From Tubiluchus corallicola (Eukaryota > Animalia > Priapulida), in assembly GCA_030141605.1 (NCBI GenBank), contig JAQGDQ010000674.1, forward strand, positions 50,616-114,615: a stretch of 64,000 nt of DNA, in the 5' to 3' direction. This document shows, in pieces, positions 31,237 through 43,600 of this stretch. The position numbers and the translations under genes are program-made. Every line of letters begins with the position of its first letter. The stretch's first letter is position 1. Under the pieces are notes generated by a model, which saw only the letters and a program-made list of their open reading frames with translations, searched no databases and was not told the DNA's origin.

Positions 31237-33158
31237 GTAAACACTGCAGTAATCCGTGAATTGTCAGCATAGTAGTGACAATACGTTTCTACAGAGAACT
31301 TTTATGCAGTTTGGCGCGTAGCATGAAGTGATGTAGCATAATGGCAGATCTAGTACTAATTTTACATTGTTGTGACGAGACCGGGCCTAAATCCTCAATG
31401 ATCAGTCACTGAATCAAGTCCTGCACGAACCATATGACACCAGAACGAGCATTTATACCAGCAGCTATCCAACCCTTCGCTGATCAGGTTCAGTGCTGCT
31501 TAACGACATTCGCTAAGCTAGCACAGTAACCACTTAACCATAAGCTTCATGCATAAAATCATACTACGTCATAAAACAATTCTACAAAAAGACAGCGAAT
31601 CATGTTAATTAGATTAATCTTAATTATTATCAAAACTATTGCTAATGTTGTTACAAACCCGCAGTTAATTAAGTTTTGATACCGAATTTGAAAGACGGAA
31701 AATGAGAAAAAAGTGGGATGCAGCCTGGATTAGAACCAAAGACTTTCTGCTTACATTGCAGATGTCTTTTGCCACTAGGACACCGCATCTCCCATCAGAA
31801 CCAAGGACCTTCTGCTTACATTGCAGATGTCTTTTGCCACTAGGACACCGCATCTCCCAGAGATCAAGCAGTCCAAAGTTCATCCTTTATCAAATTCGGC
31901 TAATCAAATTCAGTAATGCCAGTGAATGATTTCAACTAAATGGTTCATTTAGTATTTTGGTCATTTTGAGGCTGAAATTTCTATGAGAGTTTTAATTTCA
32001 TGGATTTTTGGGACATCTGTTTATCACAATATAGGTGTTTCGAAAAATAAATAGAACTTCTTTTTCTTCACTGTCAGTAACAATTTCCAGTAAAACTACG
32101 TTAACTAAATTCCACTACTGTCTAATTCTGCATCAGCTGCTGAACAGGCTTCGTCTGCAAATGAAAGGAACGTGAAATAGAAGCCAATTATTACGAGAAA
32201 ACGTTTATCTTTCGAAAAACAAACGTTTAGTTAGCAGCTCCAAGTTAACGCTTCAATTAAGTCACGTGATTCGACATAATTTATTTTCAAGTCTAGGATA
32301 GGCAAGAAAACACGGAGCTTTTTCATCATTGCATCCAACTTAGCGATCCATTCCTAATATGGACTTGGCAATTAACGACATATGTTTGAACTGGAACTGC
32401 AAACTGTAAACCAGCACTTGGCGGCACGATTTCTCTCATTTTGTTTTTATGTGGATGGTTGTAGCGGAACCGGTATCTGTGTCATTATCAAAGTATTTAA
32501 AGGAAAAGAACGCGCTCTTCATAAACAGACTTGAAAACTTGAAATTTTATATCATTTTCGTGCTATCTTATTGCATACAGGGCTTGCGTTAGCAGGAATG
32601 CTGTATAAAATTTGTAAATTTAAACTGCCGCGGTGACCGTTAGTAGGCAGAGCCATTTTGAGAGTCAGTTGTTTGGAATAAGTTTAGATAACATATTGCT
32701 AAAAGTTTGAAAAAACAATCTGAGTATTCGTAGAACATTCTTCGTTAGCTAAGCAAAAGTATAAATTACTTTATCTTGTCAACAACAATGTCTTGTCTGG
32801 TGCGCACTGATATGGCAATACGGTACCCTTTTAGCAACTGGTGTGAACATTTACATTATTAACAATTTCTTTTCCAATTACATAAGTGTTTTAAAAACAA
32901 GTAGGCCTGTTGCTAAGCAATATAACGTTTCGTGGAAAATTCCTTGGGATATACTTGAAAATTCCCTCTTGTACCACTTTAACGACAACAAGTAGATTGT
33001 TGGCAGGAAATTTGGGCGGGCGTAAAGTAACGCGGGACACGATACTTTAAAACTTTAAGATGAGACTCTGAATCTGTAGATATACAGCCGCGTCCGTTGC
33101 GAGAACATCCTCATTCAACCTGACTACAAAGAGGCTGATGTTTTATTAATAAACTGGG

Positions 33159-33590
33159 CATTTTACAAGAAGTAAGCATGAGCATTTTACAAGAAGTAAG
33201 CATGAGCATTTTACAAGAAGTAAGCATGAGCATTTTACAAGAAGTAAGCATGAACATTTTACAAAGTAGTAAGCATGAGCATTTTACAAGAAGTAAGCAT
33301 GAGCATTTTACAAGAAGTAAGCATGAGCATTTTACAAGAAGTAAGCATGAGCATTTTACAAGAAGTAAGCATGAAAATTTTACAAGAAGTAAGCAAGAGC
33401 ATTTTACAAGAAGTAAGCATGAACATTTTACAAGAAGTAAGCATGAGCATTTTACAAGAAGTAAGCATGAGCATTTTACAAGTAAGCATGAGCATTTTAC
33501 AAGAAGTAAGCATGAGCATTTTACAAGAAGTAAGCATGAGCATTTTACAAGAAGTAAGCATGAGCATTTTACAAGAAGTACATTTTATGA
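33159..33590. repeat. 24-bp minisatellite, about 17 copies
   Basis: Unit gcattttacaagaagtaagcatga. Confidence 0.97.
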
Positions 33591-33669
33591 AACATCTGAG
33601 ATAAAATTCCTGAAATAGAAAGTAGGAGAATATTCTGTGATGAAAAATTGAAATTTAGGGAATGGGAAG

Positions 33670-33962
33670 AATGCGCGAGAGAAGCGAATAGGAGAGAGAA
33701 AGAGGAGGGTTTGAGAGAGAGTAAGGAGGTCTAAAAGAGAGATAGATGAGAAGGAAGAAACAGAGAAGTGACAGGAGAGAAAGAGAAAAGAGAGAGAGAG
33801 AGAGAGAGAGAGAAGAGAGATAGAGGAGAGAGCGAGAGAGAGAGAGAGGGGAGGAAAGAGAGAGAGAGAAAGAAAGAGAGAGAGAGGGGGAGAGAGAGAG
33901 AGAGAAAAAGAAAGAGAGAGAGAGAGAGAAGAGAGATAGAGGAGAGAGAGCGAGCGAGGGAG
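33670..33962. repeat. (GA)n purine tract upstream of the putative Mhc promoter
   Basis: Direct reading. Confidence 0.9.
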
Positions 33963-34077
33963 TGAACTGTGTTGATCCACATTCAGTTCAGGAATATGAT
34001 CACACACGTCTAACAGCGCTGTTGTTTTACGAAAATTTCAGGCTGACATGGAAGTTGAAAGATCAACAATTCGTCAA

Positions 34078-34172
34078 CCAATCATGGCGTTGTTCCACAG
34101 CCATATAAAACACGCTGTCACCATCAGAATCACTCTGACTTCTGCTGGTTCAGAAGGAGGGGGCACAGCACA
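34078..34172 (+). promoter_or_regulatory. Putative Mhc core promoter and first non-coding exon
   Basis: CCAAT at 34078, TATAAAA at 34104, Inr-like TCACTCT about 28 nt later, donor CA|gtaagt at 34173. Confidence 0.55.
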
Positions 34173-34489
34173 GTAAGTTTTGTACGTGTTGGACTATAGA
34201 CATGCGTTTGGAAATACGATAATTACTGTTATTTAGACTCAGCAAAACATTTGAGTAACTTACTAGCGTCGGCACCATGTTAATTAATTCTTGCATCTTT
34301 TTCTATTGGAAACATTAAACAATGAAAGATTTTAATCCTTTTTAATTTAGATTTACATGTTTCTAAAATTTTTCACTTTTTATCTCTTGTGATTCCTCAG
34401 TGTTCTACGTGTTAGTCAAGAATCTGTATTGCAAAGTTAGTTTTGTTGATCTGTGATTAATTATTGCCTTTTACTAATATATTAACCAG

Positions 34490-34560
34490 ACGACGTCATT
34501 TCAGGTGGTGATCCATAGGAAAGAAACGGGAACAAGTATTCTTACACCCACTTATAACTG
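34490..34560 (+). other. Putative second non-coding (5' UTR) exon of Mhc
   Basis: Branch tactaat at 34472, acceptor ccag, donor CTG|gtgagt at 34561. Confidence 0.5.
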
Positions 34561-35419
34561 GTGAGTCGAAAGTATGATATTAATTTTATAATTCGTTTTC
34601 GACTACAATGCTCTACAATCACACAAAGTACTGCATGCCAACTGAGAAGAGAATTGACCTAATTGACCAACTTTGTTACGGCTGTCATTTACCTGGTATT
34701 AATCATGAGTCATAAGTCATTTATTTCACCTTACGCATTTACAATGGTTACATATACAATATCTAGTGAAAGGGCCTACAATGAACATAATACAAATAAG
34801 AAATACTGCACAGGAAAAGCCTCAAACACTGTTCATTTATACACGAAGGTGAATGTGTTGCGGGCAATCAAAAAGCGGGGCTTGTTAGATTGTCCCACAC
34901 AGTGATAGAAAAAAAGTAATGAAAATAATCTGAAAATTTAAAGTGAATCGTCATAAAAAACATTAGTGCTTAAAATGGAAAGATGTAATGAATGAAGCTC
35001 ATATATGAGATGATATAAAAGATAGAAAGACTATTATTTTTTAATAGTATGTATATTAATTCTCTATGTTTGTATAACGAAGTCCAGTTGAGTTTATTAG
35101 AGAAAGCAAAACTCCAGATTATAAGAAATTTACACGTAATAGAACGTGTAGCAGTAATACATTAACAAATGACTTCTCAAATTTGAATGTGAATTCTAAT
35201 AACTGTGCAAGACAATATCATATCAATATTTTAATAATAACTCTTTTAAATTTGCTACATTTCGTTATTTCTGAGGCTGATTTTAGAAATCTGAACTGGA
35301 ATCTAAATCCTACCCAAAATTAAACTACACTGTATAACTTAAAACAATATCTGTAAAATATTGAAAGGGAACATACTAAGAAGGAGAAAGTAGTTACCTA
35401 CTTAGCTGGTAAGAAAGGG

Positions 35420-36348
35420 AACCACTGAACTGTAATTTCGCTTTCGCGCCACTAGTTCTTCGCTGTTGCCTGCATTTCGCCATTCGCTAGTTAGACGAAA
35501 ACTAGCGCCTGCATTTCGGAAAGCGTTGCACAAAAAACAAGTGCTGTACCTCTCACTTTAGAGTTGCCCAGTTATGACGTAGTGTACACGTTCGATAGCT
35601 CATGGTTGAGCACAGCAGTAAACTTGAAATTTGAATTTTGAACTTAAAATTTGCCGAATTTTTGTATATGTTTGTGGTGTTGTAAATTATGTACATTTGC
35701 GATGCCATCACCATTTGAGTTCGCCCGCCATTAATTAAGTTTCTTAGCCTATTATTTAATTATCAGAAACGTTTTGACATTATCACAGGTGTTAAGATGT
35801 GTACATTTTACTAGACTTCAAAATGGAGTAGGGTATGGAAAATCATCCTGTTTTACTTTAGAGGAAGACAGGGTGGTTTTTCATGTACTATCCCATTTTC
35901 AAATCCGATAACAAGTATACATTTTAAAACAATTAATACTGCAAAAGCATTTCTTATAATTAATAATAGATTAAAAACTTAACGGTAGGCGAACCCAACT
36001 GTTGATGACATCACAAAGTAACATAATTTTAAGCAGCAAAAATATTACACGAGAGTGTTGTACGTAATTGCGAGAGCGAAAATTGAAGTACGGTGGTACT
36101 GTAAGATATTCAGTGTGTTGTACTAAAACTAAGTAAGTTTTAAGATAAAAATTCAAATTTGAAATTTACCGCTGTGGTCACGCCTGAGGTGTCGAACGTG
36201 TTTAGTTCGTCACCAACTAATACATCTGAACTGAGAGGTATAGCACATATTTTTTGTGCAAAGACTTTCTGAAATGCAGGTGTTAATGCCGGTCTAACTA
36301 GCGAATGGCGAAATGCACGTAAAAGCGAAGAACTAGCGTTTTCCTTTA
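35420..36348. mobile_element. Inverted dimer of Kolobok-like elements
   Basis: Two inverted arms joined at catcctgttttactttagaggaagacaggg; ends ttttcct-ttaa. Confidence 0.6.
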
Positions 36349-36536
36349 AATCACGAAATATGAAAAATAAACTAAATGGTTATTTAATTGTTGTTTATAT
36401 AAAAATCAGAATAATTCTTAAGAGAATATTGGTCCATCAACATAGACTAATTTCCTGATCTATGAAGCTGCACCTTTACTAATTTGTTAAACACTTTGTA
36501 CTTTCGTTTCGCTATTGTTAAAAGCAATTATCTATA

Positions 36537-37189
36537 GGTTTTACATGTCAAATGTAGACCTGCTTTAACTCAAATGTAGATTTAGGTAGTTCAAATGCGT
36601 CTTGGTAACTCAAATGTAGATTTAGGTAATTCAAATGTGTCTTGGTAATTTAAATGTAGACTTAGGTAGTTCAAATGTCTTGGTAACTCAAATGTAGACT
36701 TAGGTAGTTCAAATGTGTCTTGGTAATTTAAATGTAGACTTAGGTAGTTCAAATGTGTCTTGGTAACTCAAATGTAGAGTTAGGTAGTTCAAATGTGTTA
36801 ACAATGGTTTTCAAGAAATCTTGAGCATTTTTGGTAAATCAAATGTAGACACATGTCAAGTCAAATGTGACGTTGGTATCTCAAATGTGGATAGGTGGTA
36901 AAGCTTAAGTATGTTAAATTTAATCTTCTTTAATCTCAATTTAATAATTGCTCCCAAGTTAAAATAACAACGTTATAGGCTTACTAATAGATGCACTATC
37001 TTTGGTTTATCTTTTTCTAATTTGCGCTTAAATAACTTATTTACCGACTTATTCAAAGTAATGCATCTACATTTGACTTACCTAAGTCACATTTGAGTTA
37101 CCAAAACACATTCGAAATTCCTATGTCTACATTTGACTTACCTAAGTCACATTTGAACTTTCCTGTGTCTACATTTGACGTGTAAAACT
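36537..37189. mobile_element. Same MITE family with expanded about 20-bp subterminal repeats
   Basis: TIRs plus (caaatgtagacttaggtagtt / caaatgtgtcttggtaact)n; ends 35 bp before the acceptor of the first coding Mhc exon. Confidence 0.8.
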
Positions 37190-37293
37190 TATATAACGAG
37201 GGGTTTCTCTTGTGCTTTTACTAGGACAGCATCTTCAGCTGTGGTGCAAACCTTAGCAGAAGAGCAAACTGACTTCTGGAGTAGACGTCCACC

Positions 37294-37515
37294 ATGTTAA
37301 AGCAAGCGCTACCCCTGCCATGGGGTGCTAAGGAGCTGCTCGAACAAGACCCCTGGCAGTTTCTAAGACCCAGCAAGAAAATGATAATGGAGACGATGAA
37401 CATGCCGTTCGACGCGAAGAAGATGTGTTGGGTGCCCGATGCCAAAGAGGGTTTTCTGCAGGGAGAGATTCAAAGCAGAGATGCAGGCAAAGTTGTTGTT
37501 AACGTGAGAGGAGAG
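37294..37515 (+). CDS. Mhc: Mhc coding exon 1 (N-terminal/SH3-like)
   Basis: ccaccATG Kozak context; DPWQFLRP...[16 protein letters not shown]. Confidence 0.9.
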
Positions 37516-37890
37516 GTGAGTTTCTTGCCATTGTCAGACACAGCCAGTCTGTGGTATGATGGTTAGGACAAATCCGGTTGGAATTTTTGTATTTGAATTG
37601 ATAACAGTCGTGTAATTCTAAACAGAAAGTTGATCGTATGCAAAAGGGACTTAGCTGTAAGCAGGGCGTATTTCAGCCTGAGCGAGGCCCGGGGAAGCGG
37701 GGCGTGTGAGGCCCCCTGGGGCGCCACCACGGTTGACGCCCATAAAATTTTTGAACTGCTAGACGCATTTTCGAAGAGAAAATATGGAGTTATACAGTTG
37801 TTAAAGGAAAGAACAATTGAAAGAAAAACTGCTTTATTCTCAAGACCAGTCCTTAATACTTGTCAATACTGGCAAACGGCGCGCATGCTG

Positions 37891-37970
<80 letters not shown>

Positions 37971-40608
37971 GGCAGTATGTTCGCATAAAGCAAAAAAAAT
38001 GTTACCTTGGCGCGAGGCCCCCTGAAGGTTGAGGCCCCGGGGAAGTATCCCCACTCCCCCCCTCTGAAATAGGCCCTGGCTGTAAGCACGGTGGATTATA
38101 TCATTATTTTTACAAGAGAAAAAGCTGATTGTCTGTAACGATTATTCTTTCTTAATTAATTGAACAGTTAATGAGTCAGTCGGTCAACCAATTAGTACGA
38201 CTACTTGATTATTGATTAACTAGTAGCAACTAGTAACTAGTTAGTAGTAATTAGTTCTTCAGCTAGCCAGTTGGTTAGTCATTTATGACAACATTTGCAT
38301 ATTTTATTGTCTGTCTAGGACAAAGAGTTCAAAGAAGACCAGGTACAACAGATGAATCCTCCAAAGTTTGAGAAGACAGAAGACATGGCAAATCTGACGT
38401 ATCTGAATGAGGGTTCAGTTCTTCACAACTTGCGACAAAGATACCATGCTTGGATGATATACGTATGTCATACTGCACATTGCTTGTAGTTTTTTTTATT
38501 AGTTAATGTACAAGAAAACTCTCCACTTACGTAAAGTTTAAAAAATTCGTTTTGAATTTTTATGCCAGTTACATACTGCTTTTTGCATACAGAGCTCGCG
38601 TCGGCAGTAACTTTGTATAAAATCTGTAAATTTGAACTCCCACAATGACTGTTAGACGCAGCCATTTTGATGGTATGTCTTGAAACAAGTTTAGACAAGC
38701 TGAGTCAAGTTTGAAACATTAATCACAGCATTCGTAGCACACACGACATTAGCTAAGTAGGCCTGAAATTGTAAATTAATGTACCTTGTCAATAAGATTA
38801 AAAATACGCTTTTGGTTAGCGAGTGCTGCACCCTGGAGATGAGTCAACAAAATTTTCTCAATTGGTGAAAATTGATAATTTTCTTTTCCAGTTTACGTAA
38901 GTCTTTCAAGCTGGTGACCGAAATGCTAAGTAATATAACTTTGCATGGAAAGTTTTCCGGGACATCGTTTAACATTGTCTTTTTCTTCCCCTGATTTACG
39001 TTGTGCGTATATGACGTCATGTAATGGCGCGGTCGGATCAATATTGCTAAGATTTAAAATGAAAACAAACAGAAATTCTCTTCAATGCGAATACGATACA
39101 CGCATAAAGTTGCTATAAAGGAATATAATTTTAAGGCGATTTTTCTGAAACCCACGTCGGTACCCCTTTTCTTGTCTTTTAACACCTCATAAATACAATA
39201 CAGTGTATAATTTGTTATTTGTTTTTTTTTTGTTTTTTTTTCATTTATTGAACGCTGTAATCTAATTTGAGTTTGACCCTAATCGCCATTGACCATTCAA
39301 CGTAAATAGCTATCGAGCTAAAATGAAAAAATGAATGCGGATCCTAAAAACAAAATTCTTATAACTACTTGGCAGGAACTTCTTATCCACCGTCTTCTTA
39401 CAGCAGGTAATGATTTAAAAACAAGGAATTAAATTTCCGAGAAAGAATGCCACAGACAAGAAGTTTAAGGAAGTTTAAGAATTTATAAGCTGCAGTAGTG
39501 CATCAAGGTTAGTCCGGTAAAAACATGAAAACTGGCAGCAAAAAAGAACTCTGATCAAATTGTTGGCATTTAATGAATGATCAACGGGTGGCCTAGCTCA
39601 ATGGTAACGTGCTCGCTTCCCACCCGGGAGGTCACGGGTTCAATTCCCGACCAGGTCATACGAAAAACTTAACAAATGGTACCGCTGGTTCTTCGACCAA
39701 GCACAGCAGGTTTACCGAAGTAGAATATGGGAATAATAATCGGGACCACCTTGAAAATAAGCATCGAGTTACTTAAGGTGTTAGCCTGGACTATGTCCTA
39801 AACAAAATTATTATAATTAATGAAGGAAAGGGGGACACCCTTTAGAAAATTAAAAAAAGTGATCTTAATATAATATGGCAACAGATATTTGATTATCAGG
39901 ATTGCAAGGTCAAGCCAAATCAGATCCATCCAAAACGATTTTACAACATGTGAAGAGGGTGAAAGGGAACGGACTGTGGAAGCCAGTCTTCACCTGTGGT
40001 TTCAGTTTACCATTTATCATGATTAAGCCCAATTCCATTGCTTACTTTTGTTACAGACTTACTCAGGGTTATTCTGTGTTGTTATAAATCCCTACAAGAG
40101 GCTGCCAATCTACAACAATGAAGTCATCCAAGATTACAAAGGCAAGAGGAGGTCGGAAATGGCACCCCATCTGTACTCCATTGCCGACAACGCTTACACC
40201 GACATGCTGATGAGTAAGTATTCCAGAAGCGATTTGTTCTCGAAGCAAAAGAGTTTGGAATTCACCAACGCCTGCTCCCATCAGAAGTTTGAATTAAGCC
40301 AGTATTTAATGTCTTTAAGACATATCAATAGTTTCGGTACAGCGTTTTGAGTAACCCCCTGTTGTTGTAGGCAGGGCCTATTTCAGTATAAGCGAGGCCC
40401 GGGGAAATGGGACGTGTGAGGCCTCTCGGGGGGGAGGTGTAGCGCCACCATGGTTGACGCCCAGAAAATTTTTGAACAGCTAGAACGCCGGAGAAGCATT
40501 TTCGAAGAGAAACTATGGAGTTATACAATTGTTAAAGGAAAGAACAATTGAAAGAAAAATTCTCAAGACCAGTCCTTAATAATTGTCAATACTGGCAAAT
40601 GCGTGTGG

Positions 40609-40695
<87 letters not shown>

Positions 40696-43600
40696 GAGGG
40701 AGGGAGGGAGGGAGGGAGGTAGAGAGGAGGCAGTATGTTCGCATAAAGCAAAAAAGTTACCTTGGCACGAGGCCCCTCTGGAGGGTGAGGCCCCGAGGAA
40801 GTATCCCCACTTCCCTCCCCTGAAATAGGCCCTGGTTGTAGGTCATGTTTTCAACTGATCTACTATTCTTTTCAGATCGAGAAGATCAGTCCATGTTGAT
40901 AACAGGAGAATCGGGTGCAGGAAAGACAGAAAACACTAAGAAAGTTATCCAGTACTTTGCTCTTATTGCTGCCAGTGGCAGTAAAAAGACAGAGGGTTTT
41001 GGAGCGAAAGGGGTAAGTCTTTGCTGCCAAGAGAGGTTTATGGGAAACGATTCAGCATACAAAATGGCTGTCAGTTTTACTGTATGTCATGTTGTTGAAC
41101 CCTAGTTGAGTTAATTCTAACGTTGCTGTTGTTATGATATTGTTAGATTTCAGATCCTAGAATGTAATCTAGCAAAAGCATACTTGACCGGGAAAGTCTA
41201 ATGCCCATTGGTCAGTGTTTATTATCCGCAGGAAGAAAGTTTCAGTACATTATGCATATTTTGTTCATTAATCAATAGAATGACTAAAATTGGTTAACAA
41301 TTTATTTTCTCTACATTTTGACAATGTTTCCATAGGGTACTCTAGAAGACCAAGTGGTGCAAGCTAATCCTGTGCTGGAAAGTTTTGGAAATGCTAAAAC
41401 TGTGCGAAATGACAATTCTTCAAGATTTGTGAGTAATTTAGTGATTACTGGTTAGTTATCATTGTTGTCGTGGAATTTTTTCTTTATAAGCTTTATAATT
41501 AGCAAAAAAAAAACCCTAAATACAGTTTGCTGATTTCAGGGAAAGTTTATTCGGATTCACTTTGGACCAAGTGGAAAACTCGCAGGAGCTGACATTGAAT
41601 CATGTAAGTTCTGATTCACAAGTCTCTTTTCACATGTAAAACAAGCCACAGTTTTGTTGCTTTTCGTCTTAAGCACTTCGCGTAATAAAGTCTTTTATTT
41701 TTAGATTTGCTTGAAAAGTCTCGAGTTATCCACCAGCAACCACTAGAAAGAAGTTTTCACATTTTCTACCAAATGATGAGTGGTGGAATTGATGGATTCA
41801 AAGGTAACACAGGAGTCCATATTTTCATAATCCTGTCAGTTCTTCATACAGGGTAGTCCGAAAAGGCACCGGTTTTATATCGACTGGCCTGCGGCTGTAA
41901 GTATAAACCACAGTGATTTAGCGGGGACAACAAAACATGTTTGATATACTTTACATTTTCTTTCAGATAAGCTACTCCTCACAGAGGACATTAACTTCTA
42001 TCCCTTTTGCAGTCATGGGAAAACCTACATTGATGGTGTAGACGATTCTCAAGAGTTGAGAGACACAGATGTAAGTGTGTCGTTTAATTAACTCAACAAA
42101 AAAGATAAATAGCGAGTTCAAAAAATAATACAAACAAAATCACAAACAGCACAGAAATTATGTAGCTTAGTTTTTTGAAATTATATGAAAATCAGGTTAA
42201 TAATAAACTAGAAGAATAAACAGTGTGTCTGACCATTTGTCACAGATTATGTTTATTTTGCAGATGGCATTTGACATCCTGGGGTTTTCCGATGACGAAA
42301 AGTGGGACATATACAAGATTGTTGCAGGCGTTACTCATTTTGGTACAATGCAGTTTAAGCAAAGACCCCGCGAAGAGCAAGCCGAGGCAGATGGAACAGC
42401 GACCGGGGAAAAAGTGGCACATTTATTGGGTGTAAATGATGCAGAATTGTACAAGGGACTGTTGAAGCCGAGAATAAAAGTGGGAAATGAGTACGTGAAC
42501 AAGGGACAGACCAAAGACCAAGTGTACTACGCCATTGGTGCCCTGGCAAAGGCAATGTACGACAGGAACTTTAAACAGCTTGTCAAAAGGATCAATGTCA
42601 CGCTTGCTACTAAAATCAAGAAACAATTCTTTATCGGTGTATTGGACATAGCTGGCTTCGAAATTTTTGACTTTAATGGATTTGAGCAGCTCTGCATCAA
42701 CTTTACCAATGAGAAGCTACAACAATTCTTCAATCACCACATGTTCATTCTAGAGCAAGAAGAATATAAGCGTGAAGGAATCGAATGGACCTTCATGGAT
42801 TTTGGCATGGACTTGCAGGCATGTATTGATCTCATTGAAAAACCAATGGGCATCTTCGCCATCCTTGAAGAAGAATCCATGTTCCCAAAAGCAACAGACA
42901 AGACATTTTTAGCAAAACTACAGGACAACCACTTGGGCAAGAGCAGTAATTTCATTAAGCCAAAGCCTCCAAAAGGCAACCAAGCAGAAGCTCATTTTGG
43001 CATCGTTCATTATGCTGGCACAGTTCCATATAATATTACCGGTTGGTTAGAAAAGAACAAAGATCCTCTCAATGACACCGTAGCTGAGCTGATGGCCCGT
43101 TCTCACAACAGTCAACTTCTACCACTCCTCTTTCAGGATAAACTTGTTGTAGAGGAAGACACAGGTGGAAAAGGGAAGCGGAAGAAAGGGTCAGGATTCA
43201 TCACAGTGTCTGCTTTGTATCGGGTAAGATGCCATTAGATTAGAAATTCAGAAAAACAAGGTAAAAGACAATTTAGGAAGCAGACGACTGAATCTAACTC
43301 ACTTAGCTTTTAAAGTGCAGTATTTGAACTTGTGATTAATGCAAATACTTTTAATTTTTCATGCAAATTCTTCTTCTAGGAGTCACTGAACAAGTTAATG
43401 ACAACATTGAGAGCAACGGCACCACATTTTGTGCGTTGCATCATCCCAAATGAGAACAAGGAGGGTGGAGTACTTGATGCTGCCCTGACAATGCATCAGC
43501 TCACTTGTAATGGTGTTTTAGAAGGCATTCGTATTTGCCGCAAGGGCTTCCCCAATAGGTTGCTTTATGGAGACTTTAAGCACAGGTGAGCAATACGACT

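Noticed and set aside
33159-33618. CRISPR-like or coding appearance of this and the other regular repeat arrays
   Set aside because: Units are head-to-tail with no unique spacers, no cas genes, and the context is eukaryotic.
39586-39660. tRNA gene (Gly-like)
   Set aside because: Imperfect stems; continues into a SINE core and tail with a candidate TSD.
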